DNA of 64,000 bases from contig CAWDXG010000004.1 in assembly GCA_963806225.1 (NCBI GenBank), forward strand, positions 3,072,001-3,136,000, written 5' to 3'. The DNA comes from an uncultured delta proteobacterium. GTDB lineage: Bacteria > Myxococcota_A > Polyangia > Polyangiales > Polyangiaceae. Made by a program: the position numbers and the translations under genes. Position 1 is the stretch's first letter. Each line of letters opens with the position of its first letter. Shown piece after piece: positions 1 to 10,222 of the stretch. The notes under the pieces were generated by a model. That model worked only from the letters and a program-made list of their open reading frames with translations. It was not told where the DNA came from and searched no databases.

Positions 1-1341
1 CGCGTCCTGGAAGCCGTCGCGGTCTTCCGGCTTGTCCGGACACTTGTCGTCCTTGTCGAGGATGCCGTCGCCGTCGCGATCGAGCACCCGGCCCTCGGGG
101 CAACCGTCCTCGTCCTCGTCGCCGTCCCGGTCCTCGGGGACGTTCGGACAGCGGTCGTTGACGTCGAGGATGCCGTCGTTGTCGTTGTCGGGATCGGGGC
201 AGCCGTCGTCGTCCTTGTAACCGTCGAAGTCCTCCGGTTCATCTGGGCACTGGTCCTGGTCGTCCTTGTAGCCGTCGCCGTCCCGGTCGCCGATCGAGGG
301 CTCGAACACGAATCCGAGGAACAGGCGCACGTCCGCCGCCTCGAAACCCGTCGACGCCGCGCCGTAGCGGCTGCCGCCGCCGATCATCAGGTAGCTGTTG
401 TTCTCCACGAACAGCTTGAGACCGGCGGCCACCTCCTGTGACAGCTTCTGCTTGGCGTCCGTGTTGCTGTCGAGCAGGTAGGTCCCGTACGTCTCGGCGA
501 CCAGGTCCACGGAATCGGTCGCTCTGTAGGCCAGGCCGAGACCGAACGTGCCGAGATTGCCGTACTCGAGCTTGCCCTCGGCAAGCTCGGGCATGTTGTT
601 CTGGTCGAGGAAGAACTTGGGATTCTTTCCGGTGTGCCCACGATAGCCGACATTGAGGCCCAGCTTCAGCGCGCGGGATGCGCCGAACTGGTTTTCCACG
701 ACGACCTGGGGCCAGTACCAGACGCCAGGATCGGCGGCCGCGTCGCGCGGCGCGCTGCCGGTCGGGATACCGCCCTTGGCGATCACTGCCAGCCCGATGC
801 CCTTGTCCACGCGCGTGAGCCTGAGCTTGGCGTGAAGCGAGACGTTGGCGGGCTTCTGTACGTTCAGCTGGTTGGTGCTGTAGTTCGCCCCGCCCCCGGG
901 ACCGATGTCGTTGACCCCGTTGCCGGACATCAGCACGACGGGGAAGGCCACCCCGACCACGAGCATGTTGGCGATGCCGTAGTTGAAGTTGAACGTGCCC
1001 TGGAACGAGTCGTGGATCAGCGCGTTGGCGCCGCGCCCCGGATAGCCGGAGGCCGTCGCGACGCGGTCCTTGTTGGTCCGCATCAGATTGCGGCCGTAGT
1101 CGAGGATGAGCCCGAAGCTCACGTCGTTGGCGCCCAGGATGTCGGAGCCGTTGACCGAGAAGAAACCTTTCGAGTCCACCGCCGGACGGAAGAGGTGCGT
1201 GTCCATGCCGTCGCCGTTGCCGGCGGGCACCAGGTGATCCGACTGGGCTCTAGCTGGACCGCCGAACGCCAGCACGGTCAGCGCACACGCCGCACCCAAG
1301 CCCCGCATCGCCCACCGGCCAGAGTCCTTCACCGACCGCAT
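1..1341 (-). CDS. OmpA-family / TraB-like outer-membrane protein: beta-barrel plus thrombospondin type-3 repeats (runs off the window edge)
   Basis: Not in the ORF track; translated by hand from ATG 1341: MRSVKDSGRWAMRGLGAACALTVLAFGGPARA|QSDH... (signal peptide), a barrel-like region, then DRDGDG..D..DxCPxxPEDxDGxxDxDGCP repeats still in frame at position 1. The OmpA C-terminal domain is inferred, not seen. Confidence 0.8.
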   Translation of the reverse strand, partial: MRSVKDSGRWAMRGLGAACALTVLAFGGPARAQSDHLVPAGNGDGMDTHLFRPAVDSKGFFSVNGSDILGANDVSFGLILDYGRNLMRTNKDRVATASGYPGRGANALIHDSFQGTFNFNYGIANMLVVGVAFPVVLMSGNGVNDIGPGGGANYSTNQLNVQKPANVSLHAKLRLTRVDKGIGLAVIAKGGIPTGSAPRDAAADPGVWYWPQVVVENQFGASRALKLGLNVGYRGHTGKNPKFFLDQNNMPELAEGKLEYGNLGTFGLGLAYRATDSVDLVAETYGTYLLDSNTDAKQKLSQEVAAGLKLFVENNSYLMIGGGSRYGAASTGFEAADVRLFLGFVFEPSIGDRDGDGYKDDQDQCPDEPEDFDGYKDDDGCPDPDNDNDGILDVNDRCPNVPEDRDGDEDEDGCPEGRVLDRDGDGILDKDDKCPDKPEDRDGFQDA

Positions 1342-1549
1342 GACAAGCCCTCCAAAGCAGAAAAAGCCAAGGAAATCCACGCCTCCGAGGCTCGGCCGGA
1401 CGCTACCACCAGCCAATTTGCGGTGTCAACGCGGGGACCGGGTCCACGTGGGGTCCGGGAGCGGAGACGGCACCCGCCACGGGCCGATGGGCATTTGCGG
1501 GGACGCGCGCGTTCTCTACGGCGCTGCTCCTGTTAGGCTTGCCGGCGCC

Positions 1550-3053
1550 GTGGCCCGCCAAGTGCTGTTCGCCCTGCTGATAGCGCTCTCGCTCTGTGCG
1601 ACGACGGCGCACGCCGAGCAGCCGACCCTGTCGGGGCGCTGGTCGGCAACGGCCATGCGCATCGCAGTGGAACATCGGCGACTGGGGCAAGGCCTGCGGC
1701 CCCAAACCGGGCGGCGGCGGCGCTCCGGGCGGCACGGTGACAATCCAGCAGGTCGGCAGCGAGCTGACGATCAGCGGGCGCAGGACCCACGTACTCGACG
1801 ACGCACTGCTGGGAGCAGTTCCCGGGCCTTCTCCGCCGAAGCCACTCGGGCGGCCAGCGCGGCTGGCACAACGTCTGCAAGACCGCCGCCAACGATCCGC
1901 GCCAGGCCACGGTCATCACGACCATCAGCGCCACCGACAACGCCATCAGCTTCGACGAGACCGGCCAGTACCAGTTCGTGATCGAGGGGCAGAACTGCAC
2001 GGCAAGCGTGCGCCGCACGCGGTCGTTCCGCTTGATCCAGCGACAAGGCGAGCCGCCGCCCCAGCCCGCCGCTTCTGCTCCGCCCCCCGAGCCGAAAGCG
2101 CCCGCTGCGCCGGAGAAGCCCAAGCCTCCGCCGAAGCGCTGCAGCGAGACGGGGCCTCCCGCGCGCCTCGAGGTGCGCCCCTCGCGGAAACTCATGCGCC
2201 CGGGGGAACAGTTCACGTTCCGCGCGCGCGTGCTCGACGCAAAGGGGTGCGCGCTCTCGATCGCGCCGACCTGGAAGATCGACAAGAAGGACGCGCCCGC
2301 CAAGCTGACCGGAGCAGGCCGCATCCACGTCGCCGACGACGCTCCCGAGACCGAGATCCCGCTGAGCGCGTTGGTCGCGGGCCGCGCCGCGCACGTGACG
2401 GTGGAGGTCGCGTCGAGCAAACGCTACGACGCGCTGCTCCGCAGCGGCGCCTTCGACGAATCCGGCGAATCGGGCGATGCGGCGGTCGCCGTGATCGCAT
2501 CGGGCTCGATCGGCTCTCGCTCGGTCGTCGCGCGCGATGCGGCGCGGGCACAGAAACGCAGGTTCATCGCCATCCTGGGCGGAGCCGCACTGCTGCTCGG
2601 CATCGTCGGCCTGCTCCTCGTCCGCCGCAGCCGCCGCCAGCACGCCGCTGCGAATGCGACGGACAGTGACGCCTCTGCGTCGCGCACGATCCGCTGCCGG
2701 GGCCCCGCGCCTCCCGCCGGCGCGGCACGATCTGCCCTACCTGTCGCGAGGAGTATCCAGCCGACGCCGGCTTCTGCGCCATGGACGGCAACCGGCTGGT
2801 ACCCGTCGAGGAAGGCGTGGACCCGCGCGGCCCAACCGGCGGCGTTTGCCCCGTGTGCGGCCAGGGATTCGACCCCGGCGTGCAGACCTGCCCCACGCAC
2901 GACGAGGAGCTGGTCCCCGCAGCGGTCTACATGGCGGACCGCGAGCAGGGGCCGCTGCCCACGAAAGCGATCTGCCCCGTCTGCGGGACCCAGTACCCGG
3001 GCGATTCGCAGTTCTGCGGCGCGGATGGCGCGGCTCTGGTGCCCGTAAACTAG
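1550..3053 (+). CDS. Single-pass membrane protein with an exported N-terminal domain and three C-terminal zinc-ribbon repeats (3 apparent frameshifts)
   Basis: Signal peptide (..CATTAHA|EQP), Pro-rich linker, TM (FIAILGGAALLLGIVGLLLV RRSRR), then CPTC..FCAMDG, CPVC..CPTHD and CPVC..FCGADG. Stitched across frame changes near 1660, 1775 and 2700. Confidence 0.65.
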
Positions 3054-3197
3054 CGCCGCCCGCCGGAAGCGCCGCCGGGCTCCCGCCCAGGGAATCCTTC
3101 GGAAATTCCCAGCAGCTTTGCTAGACTTTGCTTCCCCGGTCAGGCCGGGGGCCGGCCGTCACGCGCCGGGAGCGACGCCCATGAGAGCCGTAGCAAC

Positions 3198-4856
3198 ATG
3201 AAGATCACCTGCCAGTCCTGTGGTGCCAAGTATGCGATCGCCGATGACAAGGTCGTGGGCAGGAAAGTCAAGGTCCGGTGCAAGTCCTGCAGCACAGCGA
3301 TCGTCGTGGACGGCACCGCGCCCGCCGAAGCACCCTATGGCGGCGGGGAAGACGACGAAGCCACCCGTATCGTGCAGGGGCCGCCGGGATTCGGCGACGA
3401 GCCTGCCGGTCCCGACGCCTGGTCGGTCAACCTGAGCGAGACCGATCAACGCACGATGACGACCGAGGAGATCGTCTCGGGGTGGCACTCCGGCCTGATC
3501 ACCGAAGAGGCATTCGTGTGGAAGGACGGGATGACCGACTGGGTTCCCGTGCTGGAGATGACGGAGCTGTACGACGCGATCAGCGCGGCGGCTCAACCGT
3601 CCGCTCCGCCTCCCGCAGCTGCAGCGCCTTCGGCTCCGCCCGCCCCCGCGGCTCCGCCTCCCGCAGCAGCCCCCGCGGCGGGCTTCGGACTCATGGGCGG
3701 CCCCGCACCGGAAGCGGCGCGGGTCAGCGGCGGCCGTGCCGCCGGCGGCGCTGATCTGTTCGGCTCGGTTGCGTCGGCCGGCGGCGAGTACGACCCGGCG
3801 CTGGCGGCTCCCGCCGCAGAGGCCGGGCAGCACTCCTACGACGCCAAGCCGACGGGAGCCCGCAACGAGAACTCCGTGCTGTTCTCGCTCGACGCACTCA
3901 AGGCAGGCTTCGGTGGCCCCGCACCCGCGCAGCAGGCACCGCCACCCCGCCAGCAGAGCGGGGGCAAGGCAAACCTCGACGATCTGATGGGTATCGGCGG
4001 CAGCGGCGGCAACCCGCTGTTCGGGCTGGGTGCGAACCAGGCACTGCTGACCGCGCCGGCACCGGAACCCGAACCTCCTCCTCCTCCGCCGCCGCCGAGC
4101 GTGCCGCCTCCGGGTCCCGGCGGTCAGGTCGCCAGCATCGTTCCGCCACCGGCGCGCACCAACAAGGTCCTGATTGCCGTCGCAGGCGGAGCCGTGCTGC
4201 TCGTCCTCCTTCTGGGCGGTGCATTGGCGCTGACGCTTGGGCACGGCAAGGGGGAGAAGGTCGCGAAGAACGACACGAAGGCGGCGGGAAGCGGCGACTC
4301 GAAGACCGACCAGGCCAAAAAGGACGACAAGACCGACCAGGCCAAAAAGGACGACAAGACCGACCAGGCCAAGGACGACAAGAAGGAAGAGGCCGCGAAG
4401 AGCGATGCGGGCAGCGCCAAGCCGAGCGAAAGCGCCAGCTCGGAGGCTCCCCCGAAGAACGCCACGCCCGAGGAGCAGAAACGCTTCTACGAGGCGCTGA
4501 AGAAGAAGAAAACCGAGGCCGCCAAGAAGAAAGAGGAAGCCCCCGCGGAGACGGCTGCCACGGCGAAGAAGCACGAGGTCTCGGCGAGCTTCAACAAGGG
4601 CGCAGCGATCAGCTCGCTCACATCGGCAGCCGCGGCAGCCGCGAGCTGCAAGCGACCTGGGGGGCCCACGGGGCGCGGACGCGCCATCGTGACGTTCGCA
4701 CCGAGCGGACGCGTGACGAGCGCGAACGTTTCCGGCGGCGGCTTCGGCGGAACCACGGTGGGCGGCTGCGTCGCCTCGGTCTTCCGCCACGCACATATTC
4801 CGCCCTTCAGCGGCAACGCCGTGACGGTCGCGAAGAGCTTCACGATCCCGCAGTAG
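3198..4856 (+). CDS. GltJ/AgmX-like protein: MJ0042 zinc ribbon, GYF_2 domain, TM, TonB-C-like C-terminus
   Basis: MKITCQSCGAKY..VRCKSC; VWKDGMTDWVP (GYF_2); RNENSVLFSL; poly-Pro; TM; C-terminal VTFAPSGRV..GGCVASVFR..IPPFSG. Confidence 0.8.
   Translation: MKITCQSCGAKYAIADDKVVGRKVKVRCKSCSTAIVVDGTAPAEAPYGGGEDDEATRIVQGPPGFGDEPAGPDAWSVNLSETDQRTMTTEEIVSGWHSGLITEEAFVWKDGMTDWVPVLEMTELYDAISAAAQPSAPPPAAAAPSAPPAPAAPPPAAAPAAGFGLMGGPAPEAARVSGGRAAGGADLFGSVASAGGEYDPALAAPAAEAGQHSYDAKPTGARNENSVLFSLDALKAGFGGPAPAQQAPPPRQQSGGKANLDDLMGIGGSGGNPLFGLGANQALLTAPAPEPEPPPPPPPPSVPPPGPGGQVASIVPPPARTNKVLIAVAGGAVLLVLLLGGALALTLGHGKGEKVAKNDTKAAGSGDSKTDQAKKDDKTDQAKKDDKTDQAKDDKKEEAAKSDAGSAKPSESASSEAPPKNATPEEQKRFYEALKKKKTEAAKKKEEAPAETAATAKKHEVSASFNKGAAISSLTSAAAAAASCKRPGGPTGRGRAIVTFAPSGRVTSANVSGGGFGGTTVGGCVASVFRHAHIPPFSGNAVTVAKSFTIPQ
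4302..4382 (+). repeat. 27-bp in-frame tandem repeat (KTDQAKKDD), about 3 copies
   Basis: aagaccgaccaggccaaaaaggacgac twice plus one shortened copy. Confidence 0.9.
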
Positions 4857-7001
4857 CCGCGCCGAGGCGCGCGGAGAGCCGCGTCAGCCGCTCTTCCTTC
4901 CGGGTCTCCGCCAGCGCAAGGCGGAGCGCGCGCGGGTCGGCCACCAGCACGCACAACCGCCGGGCTCGCGTGACGGCCGTGTACAAGAGGTTGCGCGACA
5001 GCATCACGAAGTGCGCGGTCAGGAGCGGGATGACGACCGCCGGGTACTCGCTGCCCTGGCTCTTGTGGATGCTGGTGGCGTAGGCCAGAAGCAGCGCGTC
5101 GAGGTGCGAATCCTCGCAGACTACGTCTCGATCGTCGAAGCGCACCACGAGCCTCCGCGCCTCGGCGTCGACCAACGCCACGCGGCCGATGTCGCCATTG
5201 AACACCTCGCGCTCGTAGTCGTTCCGGGTCTGCATCACCTTGTCGCCTTCGCGCAGCGTCTGGCCCCGCGAGACCAGCTGGGGACCGCTCGGGTTGAGCG
5301 CCTGCTGCAGCATGGCGTTGAGCGCCGTCGTGCCGGCCGCGCCGCGGTGCATCGGCGTGAGCACCTGCACGCCGTCGACCGCATCGAGTCCGAAGCGCCG
5401 CGGAATGCGCCGCGTGACGAGCTCGCGGATCACGTCGGCGGCCTGCTCCGGATCTTGTCGCGGGATGACGAAGAAGTCCGCATCCGGCTCCTCTGCGCCG
5501 GCGCTCTCGGGCATCTCGCCCTCGTGGATACGGTGGGCGTTCACCACGATGCGGCTCTCGTCGCGCCTGGCGGAAGATCTGCTCGAGCCGCACCGTCGGT
5601 ACCGCGCCCGAGTCGATCACGTCGCGCAGGAACGCGCCGGGCCCGACACTACGGCAGCTGGTCGGCATCGCCCACGATCACCAGGCGCGCCGCCGACGGA
5701 ATGGCCGCGAGCAGCGCCGCGGCCAGGGGCACGTCGATCATCGAAGCCTCGTCGACGATGACCGCATCGGTGTCGATCGGATTTTCCACGTGGCGCTGGA
5801 AGCGCCCGCTGCGCGGCTCGAACTCGAGCAAGCGGTGGATCGTCGTCGCGTCGCGCCCCGTAGCCTCGCTCATGCGCTTGGCGGCGCGCCCAGTCGGAGC
5901 CGCGAGCCGCACGCCCAGCCGCGCCCCGTCGAGCACGCTCAGGATCGCCCGCACGATGGTCGTCTTGCCCACGCCCGGGCCGCCCGTGACGACCACGACC
6001 TTGCGCTCCGCGGCGATCTGCACGGCGCGGCGCTGGTGGTCGGCCAGCTGGAAGCCGGCGCGCTCCTCGAACGCACGGATCGCGTCCTCGAACCCAGGCA
6101 GCGAGCGGCCGGGGCTCTCGAGCAACCGGGAAAGCAACGCGGCGACCTCGCATTCGGCGGAGTAGAGCCGCTCGAGGAACACCGCGTCGTCCTCGACCAC
6201 CACGCGCTCGGCCGCCCAGAGCGCGTCGACAGCCGCCTCGACGTGGCCCGCGTCGATCTCCAGCATCTCCGCGGCGCGCTCGACCAGCGCCGCGCGCGGG
6301 CAGAGCAGGTGCCCTTGATCCGCGAGCATGCCGAGCTCATGCAGCACGCCCGCCTGCGCGCGCTCGGGATGGTCACCCGAGATGCCCAGCGAGCGCGCGA
6401 TGCGATCCGCCGTCTTGAAGCCGACGCCGCGCACTTCCAGCGCCAGGCGGTACGGCGAGCGCTGCACGATCGCGGCTGCACGCTCGCCGTAGCGCTCGAA
6501 GATGCGCGCGGCCAGAGCCGGCGACGCGCCGTGCGTCTGCAGGAGCAGCATGATGCTGCTCACGGCACGCTGCTCGCTCCAGGCCTTCTTGATCTCCTCG
6601 ACGCGGCGCTGGCCGATGCCCGGCACCTGCTCGAGCCTGTCCGGATCGGTGTCCAGCACCTGGAGGCTGTCCATGCCGAACTTCTCGACGATGCGCTTGG
6701 CGAAGCCCGGTCCTATCCCCGGAACCAGGCCGGAGCCCAGGTACTTCTCGAGCCCCATCAGCGTGCTCGGCGCGATCGGCACCAGCGTCGTTGCCTTGAG
6801 CTGCTCGCCGTGACGCGGATCGTTGACGATGTCGCCTGTGACCCGCACGCGGGCGCCGGGCCCGACCGCCTGGAACGTCCCCACCACGGCGATCGGTCCG
6901 CGATGCTCGCCCTCCACCGACCCGATGCGGATCACGCGGAAGCTCGTCTCCTCGTTCTCGTAGGTGACGCGCTCCACTTCCCCGGTGAGCGTGATCGGCA
7001 C
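4840..7001 (-). CDS. recD2: ATP-dependent RecD-like DNA helicase (2 apparent +1 frameshifts near 5650 and 5565)
   Basis: HhH VPGIG motifs, Walker A GGPGVGKTT, IVDEASM, GDADQLP-SVGPG, IFRQA, YATSIHKSQGSEY, LYTAVTRA. Confidence 0.93.
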
Positions 7002-7014
7002 AGCGGCCGCTACT

Positions 7015-7400
7015 CTAGACGAGCCGCGCGCGGACGCCAGGGGGTCGGAGCGCCGAACGCCCCAGCTCCCGGCTGCCCCCCTGTGACCAGAACTGCACGT
7101 GGTGCGGCGTCACATCGTGCCGCGAGCACACGGGGCTCGAGCACGTGTAGCGGTCACGCGCGTAGATGTGAGCGTATTTCCCGGTGCGCTCGGTGAGGTG
7201 CCGCCACGTTTCCCAGGCCGTGTCGCACAGGAGGCGGGCGAAGCTCGTGCCGCGCGGTAGGTGCTTGCGCAGGACCCCGGCCAACGTCCGCCAGAACCGC
7301 GCCGTGTCCCGCGCCACCCGGAGATCCATCCGCACACTCGCCGCGCCCGCGCCCGCGCCCGCGCCCGCACCGGCGCCGAGCCTGGAGATGGGATGAAGCG
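7015..7400 (-). pseudogene. Truncated HNH endonuclease remnant
   Basis: IYARDRYTCSSPVCSRHDVTPHHVQFWSQGGS matches the first half of an HNH domain; the N..LC..CH half is missing and there is no clear start. Confidence 0.6.
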
Positions 7401-7663
7401 GCGGCCAAGACCGCAACGGTGATGACGACTGGGAGACGCTCCGGGAAACCGCGCGCCAAGCGGCACGCAACGAAAGAGAAGTTGACCGACCTTCCGCCGA
7501 CAGGTTGCCCTGCCGACACCCCCGCGCGCTCGAAAGGCGCAATCGGAAATGGCGCACGTGCTTTCACCCCATCGGCGTGAGATGCGCCGCTTCCATTCGA
7601 GGTGTTTCACTGTGCGCGCCCCCGCGCGCCCCCCAATCGGGTCACACTTTGTCACTGATTACA

Positions 7664-7693
7664 TTGACATTGATTAGTGTCACAGTTACCAAT
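7664..7693 (+). promoter_or_regulatory. Sigma70-like promoter overlapped by an 18-bp palindromic operator
   Basis: TTGACA (7664-7669), 17 bp, then TACCAAT; palindrome TGACATTGATTAGTGTCA at 7665-7682 (14/18 symmetric) in an AT-rich patch. Confidence 0.65.
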
Positions 7694-7712
7694 GGTTTTG
7701 TTGGGGGACCGA

Positions 7713-8345
7713 ATGGCTGAAATGCAGTGCGACCCGGCCGAAGAGCTCGTCAACGCAGTGACCCACGGGCTGGGTGCCGCCCTGGCACTGGCCGGGTTGG
7801 CGATGCTGGTCGTGCTGACGGCCACGCTCGGCGACGGCTGGCGGCTCGCCAGCGCCATCGTCTTCGGTGCGACGCTCTTCCTGCTCTATCTAGCGTCGAC
7901 GCTGTACCACGCGTTGCCCGGACGGCGCGTCCTGAAGCTGCTCGATCACGCCGCGATCTACCTCCTGATCGCCGGCACCTATACGCCGTTCACCCTGGTG
8001 ACGCTGCGACACGCAGGCGGCGCCTGGTTGTTCGCCGTCGTGTGGGCGCTGGCGGCAGTCGGCATCACGCTCGAGGCAACCTGGCGTGATCGGCCGCGCT
8101 GGCTCAACGCGTTGGTGTTCGTCGCCATGGGCTGGCTGGTGATCTTCATGCGCGGCCCGCTCTTGGCACATCTGAGCGGCGCCGGTCTCTGGCTGCTGGT
8201 TGCCGGCGGTGTGACCTACACCCTGGGTACGCTCTTCTACGTGACACCGCGGCGCTACATGCACGCGGTCTGGCACCTGTTCGTGATCGGGGGCAGCATC
8301 CTCCACTTCCTCGCGGTGCTGCTGTACGTGCTGCCCCGCGACTGA
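7713..8345 (+). CDS. Hemolysin III / PAQR family membrane protein (TrhA/YqfA-like)
   Basis: EELVNAVTHG, STLYH, LDHAAIYLLIAGTYTP, HAVWHLFV; about 7 TM segments. Confidence 0.93.
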   Translation: MAEMQCDPAEELVNAVTHGLGAALALAGLAMLVVLTATLGDGWRLASAIVFGATLFLLYLASTLYHALPGRRVLKLLDHAAIYLLIAGTYTPFTLVTLRHAGGAWLFAVVWALAAVGITLEATWRDRPRWLNALVFVAMGWLVIFMRGPLLAHLSGAGLWLLVAGGVTYTLGTLFYVTPRRYMHAVWHLFVIGGSILHFLAVLLYVLPRD

Positions 8346-8386
8346 TCCACCGCGGACGTCGCGACCTCCGCTGTACGGTACAAAAA

Positions 8387-9826
8387 TCAGTTGCCCACGT
8401 AGCCGAACCAGGTCGTCGCGGAGTGGGTCTGCTGGTCCCGGGACCAGAGCACGAACTCGCTTCCGCCCCCCGGGCTGGCCGCGGTGCGCGTGATGGTGAG
8501 CTTGAGGACGTCGCCGTTGTTGCCGTAGTGACGATCCAACGAAACCGAGAGGCTGGGAGATCCGCCGAACGCCGAGTCGGCGTCCTGCGCCTGCACGAAC
8601 CAGTCGGCGCGGGGCGCATCGCTGAACAGGTGGACGTCGATGGTGCGGGTCTGACCGACGGCGAGCTTCACCCCGCGCGTCTGGGTGTTGATCCCGCCCT
8701 GCAGCAGCGAGAGGTCGTCGGGCTGATCCGGAACGGCGTTGTAGTAGGACGACATGGCGCTCGGCACGCAGGGGTCGTGACCGGCCGCGGCCGCCGCGTT
8801 CGACCACACCCGCTGCACGATGAAGTTGCCGAACAGGTTCGCGTAGCTCTGCGGCTCGTCGACGCACATGTCGCCGATTTCGCCCATGGGCTGTGCGTTC
8901 CAGATCGCGTGCGGGTCGTCCACGATGTGGTAGGCCGGGTCGCTGAAGGGATAGGGGTCCGTCGCTGCTTCGATCAGCTCGTGGCTGGTGACGGTCGTGA
9001 TCGCGTCGATCCCGGAGGTGTAGTTGAACTGCGCACAACGCGGGATGAGCGCATACGCAACACCCGAGCCCAGACCGACGCCGTACGTCTCGCTGTGATA
9101 CCCGCCGTACTGGACGCAGCTCGTACCCAGCTGCGGATCGGTGACGGTCACGCCCGGCGGAAGGAATATCGCGTAGAGCGTGTCCGGGGTTGGCGGGGGA
9201 ACCGGCGTGCCGGCGTCGCCAGAAGCCCCGCCCGCAGCGTCCAGAACCCCCGCGTCGCCGGAAGCGGCTCCGTCTCCCGAAGCTCCGCCCCCGCCATCCT
9301 GAAGACCGCCGTCGCCGGACGCTCCAGCCGCGCCGCCGCTCCCCGCAGCGCCGGTTCCCGCGTGGGCCACGAGCCCGGTCACCCACTGGTCGACCGCGTT
9401 GTACGTCGTCGGCGGCGTCGAGGTGGTGACCACGGAAGGCGCTATCGTCAGCGTGCCGACGCCGTACTCCGACGTAGTCGCGCCCCAGTAGGACGACTTG
9501 GCGAGTTCCGTAAGGAACTGCTCGATCGCCGGCTTGTACGGGTCGTTCGGGAAGAACACCGGCACGACCCGCGGCTGTGCGAGCACGTGCCCCCCCGCGG
9601 ACACCACCTGAGGTGCCGGATCGTGCGGCGCCGCCGCGAAGGGGCCGCTGCTTTCCGGCGCGGCTTCCTGTCCGCCGGACTCCGGCAGACCGGCTTCAGT
9701 CGGCGGCACGATGAGCAGGCCATCCGCTTCGGCATCCCCATGGTGCGGCGCACCACCGCTATTGGAACCGCACCCGCCCACAAGAATCAGCGCCAGGCAA
9801 CACGCCGTACGGTTCAAGAAAGCCAT
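8387..9826 (-). CDS. Uncharacterised lipoprotein with an HExxE motif
   Basis: Lipobox LVGGC; GGYHS, SHELIEAATDP, GEIGDMC, VQRVWSN; Gly-rich insert. Confidence 0.7.
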   Translation of the reverse strand: MAFLNRTACCLALILVGGCGSNSGGAPHHGDAEADGLLIVPPTEAGLPESGGQEAAPESSGPFAAAPHDPAPQVVSAGGHVLAQPRVVPVFFPNDPYKPAIEQFLTELAKSSYWGATTSEYGVGTLTIAPSVVTTSTPPTTYNAVDQWVTGLVAHAGTGAAGSGGAAGASGDGGLQDGGGGASGDGAASGDAGVLDAAGGASGDAGTPVPPPTPDTLYAIFLPPGVTVTDPQLGTSCVQYGGYHSETYGVGLGSGVAYALIPRCAQFNYTSGIDAITTVTSHELIEAATDPYPFSDPAYHIVDDPHAIWNAQPMGEIGDMCVDEPQSYANLFGNFIVQRVWSNAAAAAGHDPCVPSAMSSYYNAVPDQPDDLSLLQGGINTQTRGVKLAVGQTRTIDVHLFSDAPRADWFVQAQDADSAFGGSPSLSVSLDRHYGNNGDVLKLTITRTAASPGGGSEFVLWSRDQQTHSATTWFGYVGN

Positions 9827-10222
9827 CCCATCTCGCAGACTATCACCGCGCTTTCTGCGAGTCGAGCGCGGCCACGGCGTCCGCCGCCAACGGCGGACAG
9901 CCTCGCTCTCCCACCGATCGGGAAGCCCTATCCACTTTCCACAGGCAACATGGACTCGCTCATCCCCGGCAAGACCCTCGTGGCCGTTTCACCCGAACCC
10001 ACACCGGGCGAAGGTTGCGTTTCCAGCGGAACGGCATGGGACCAGACGCTAGGCTGCGCCGAGAGCGTCGGTTTCCCGTCCATGGGGCAAGTGGCTGTCG
10101 AACTCGGCTTCCGTTGCTGCGCCGATCCATCGAGATGAGCGAGACCGTGCGCGGCTCTGCGAAAAGGCAGCGCCCGGCTCCGCGGAGGAACTGCCGGACA
10201 GCGCCTCGCAACTCTGCTCACG

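Noticed and set aside
1..1341. traAB kin-recognition locus
   Set aside because: The architecture is TraB-like, but no traA lies upstream (the neighbour is divergent). The Cys-rich MYXO-CTERM gene is 15 kb away and lacks an evident variable head domain.
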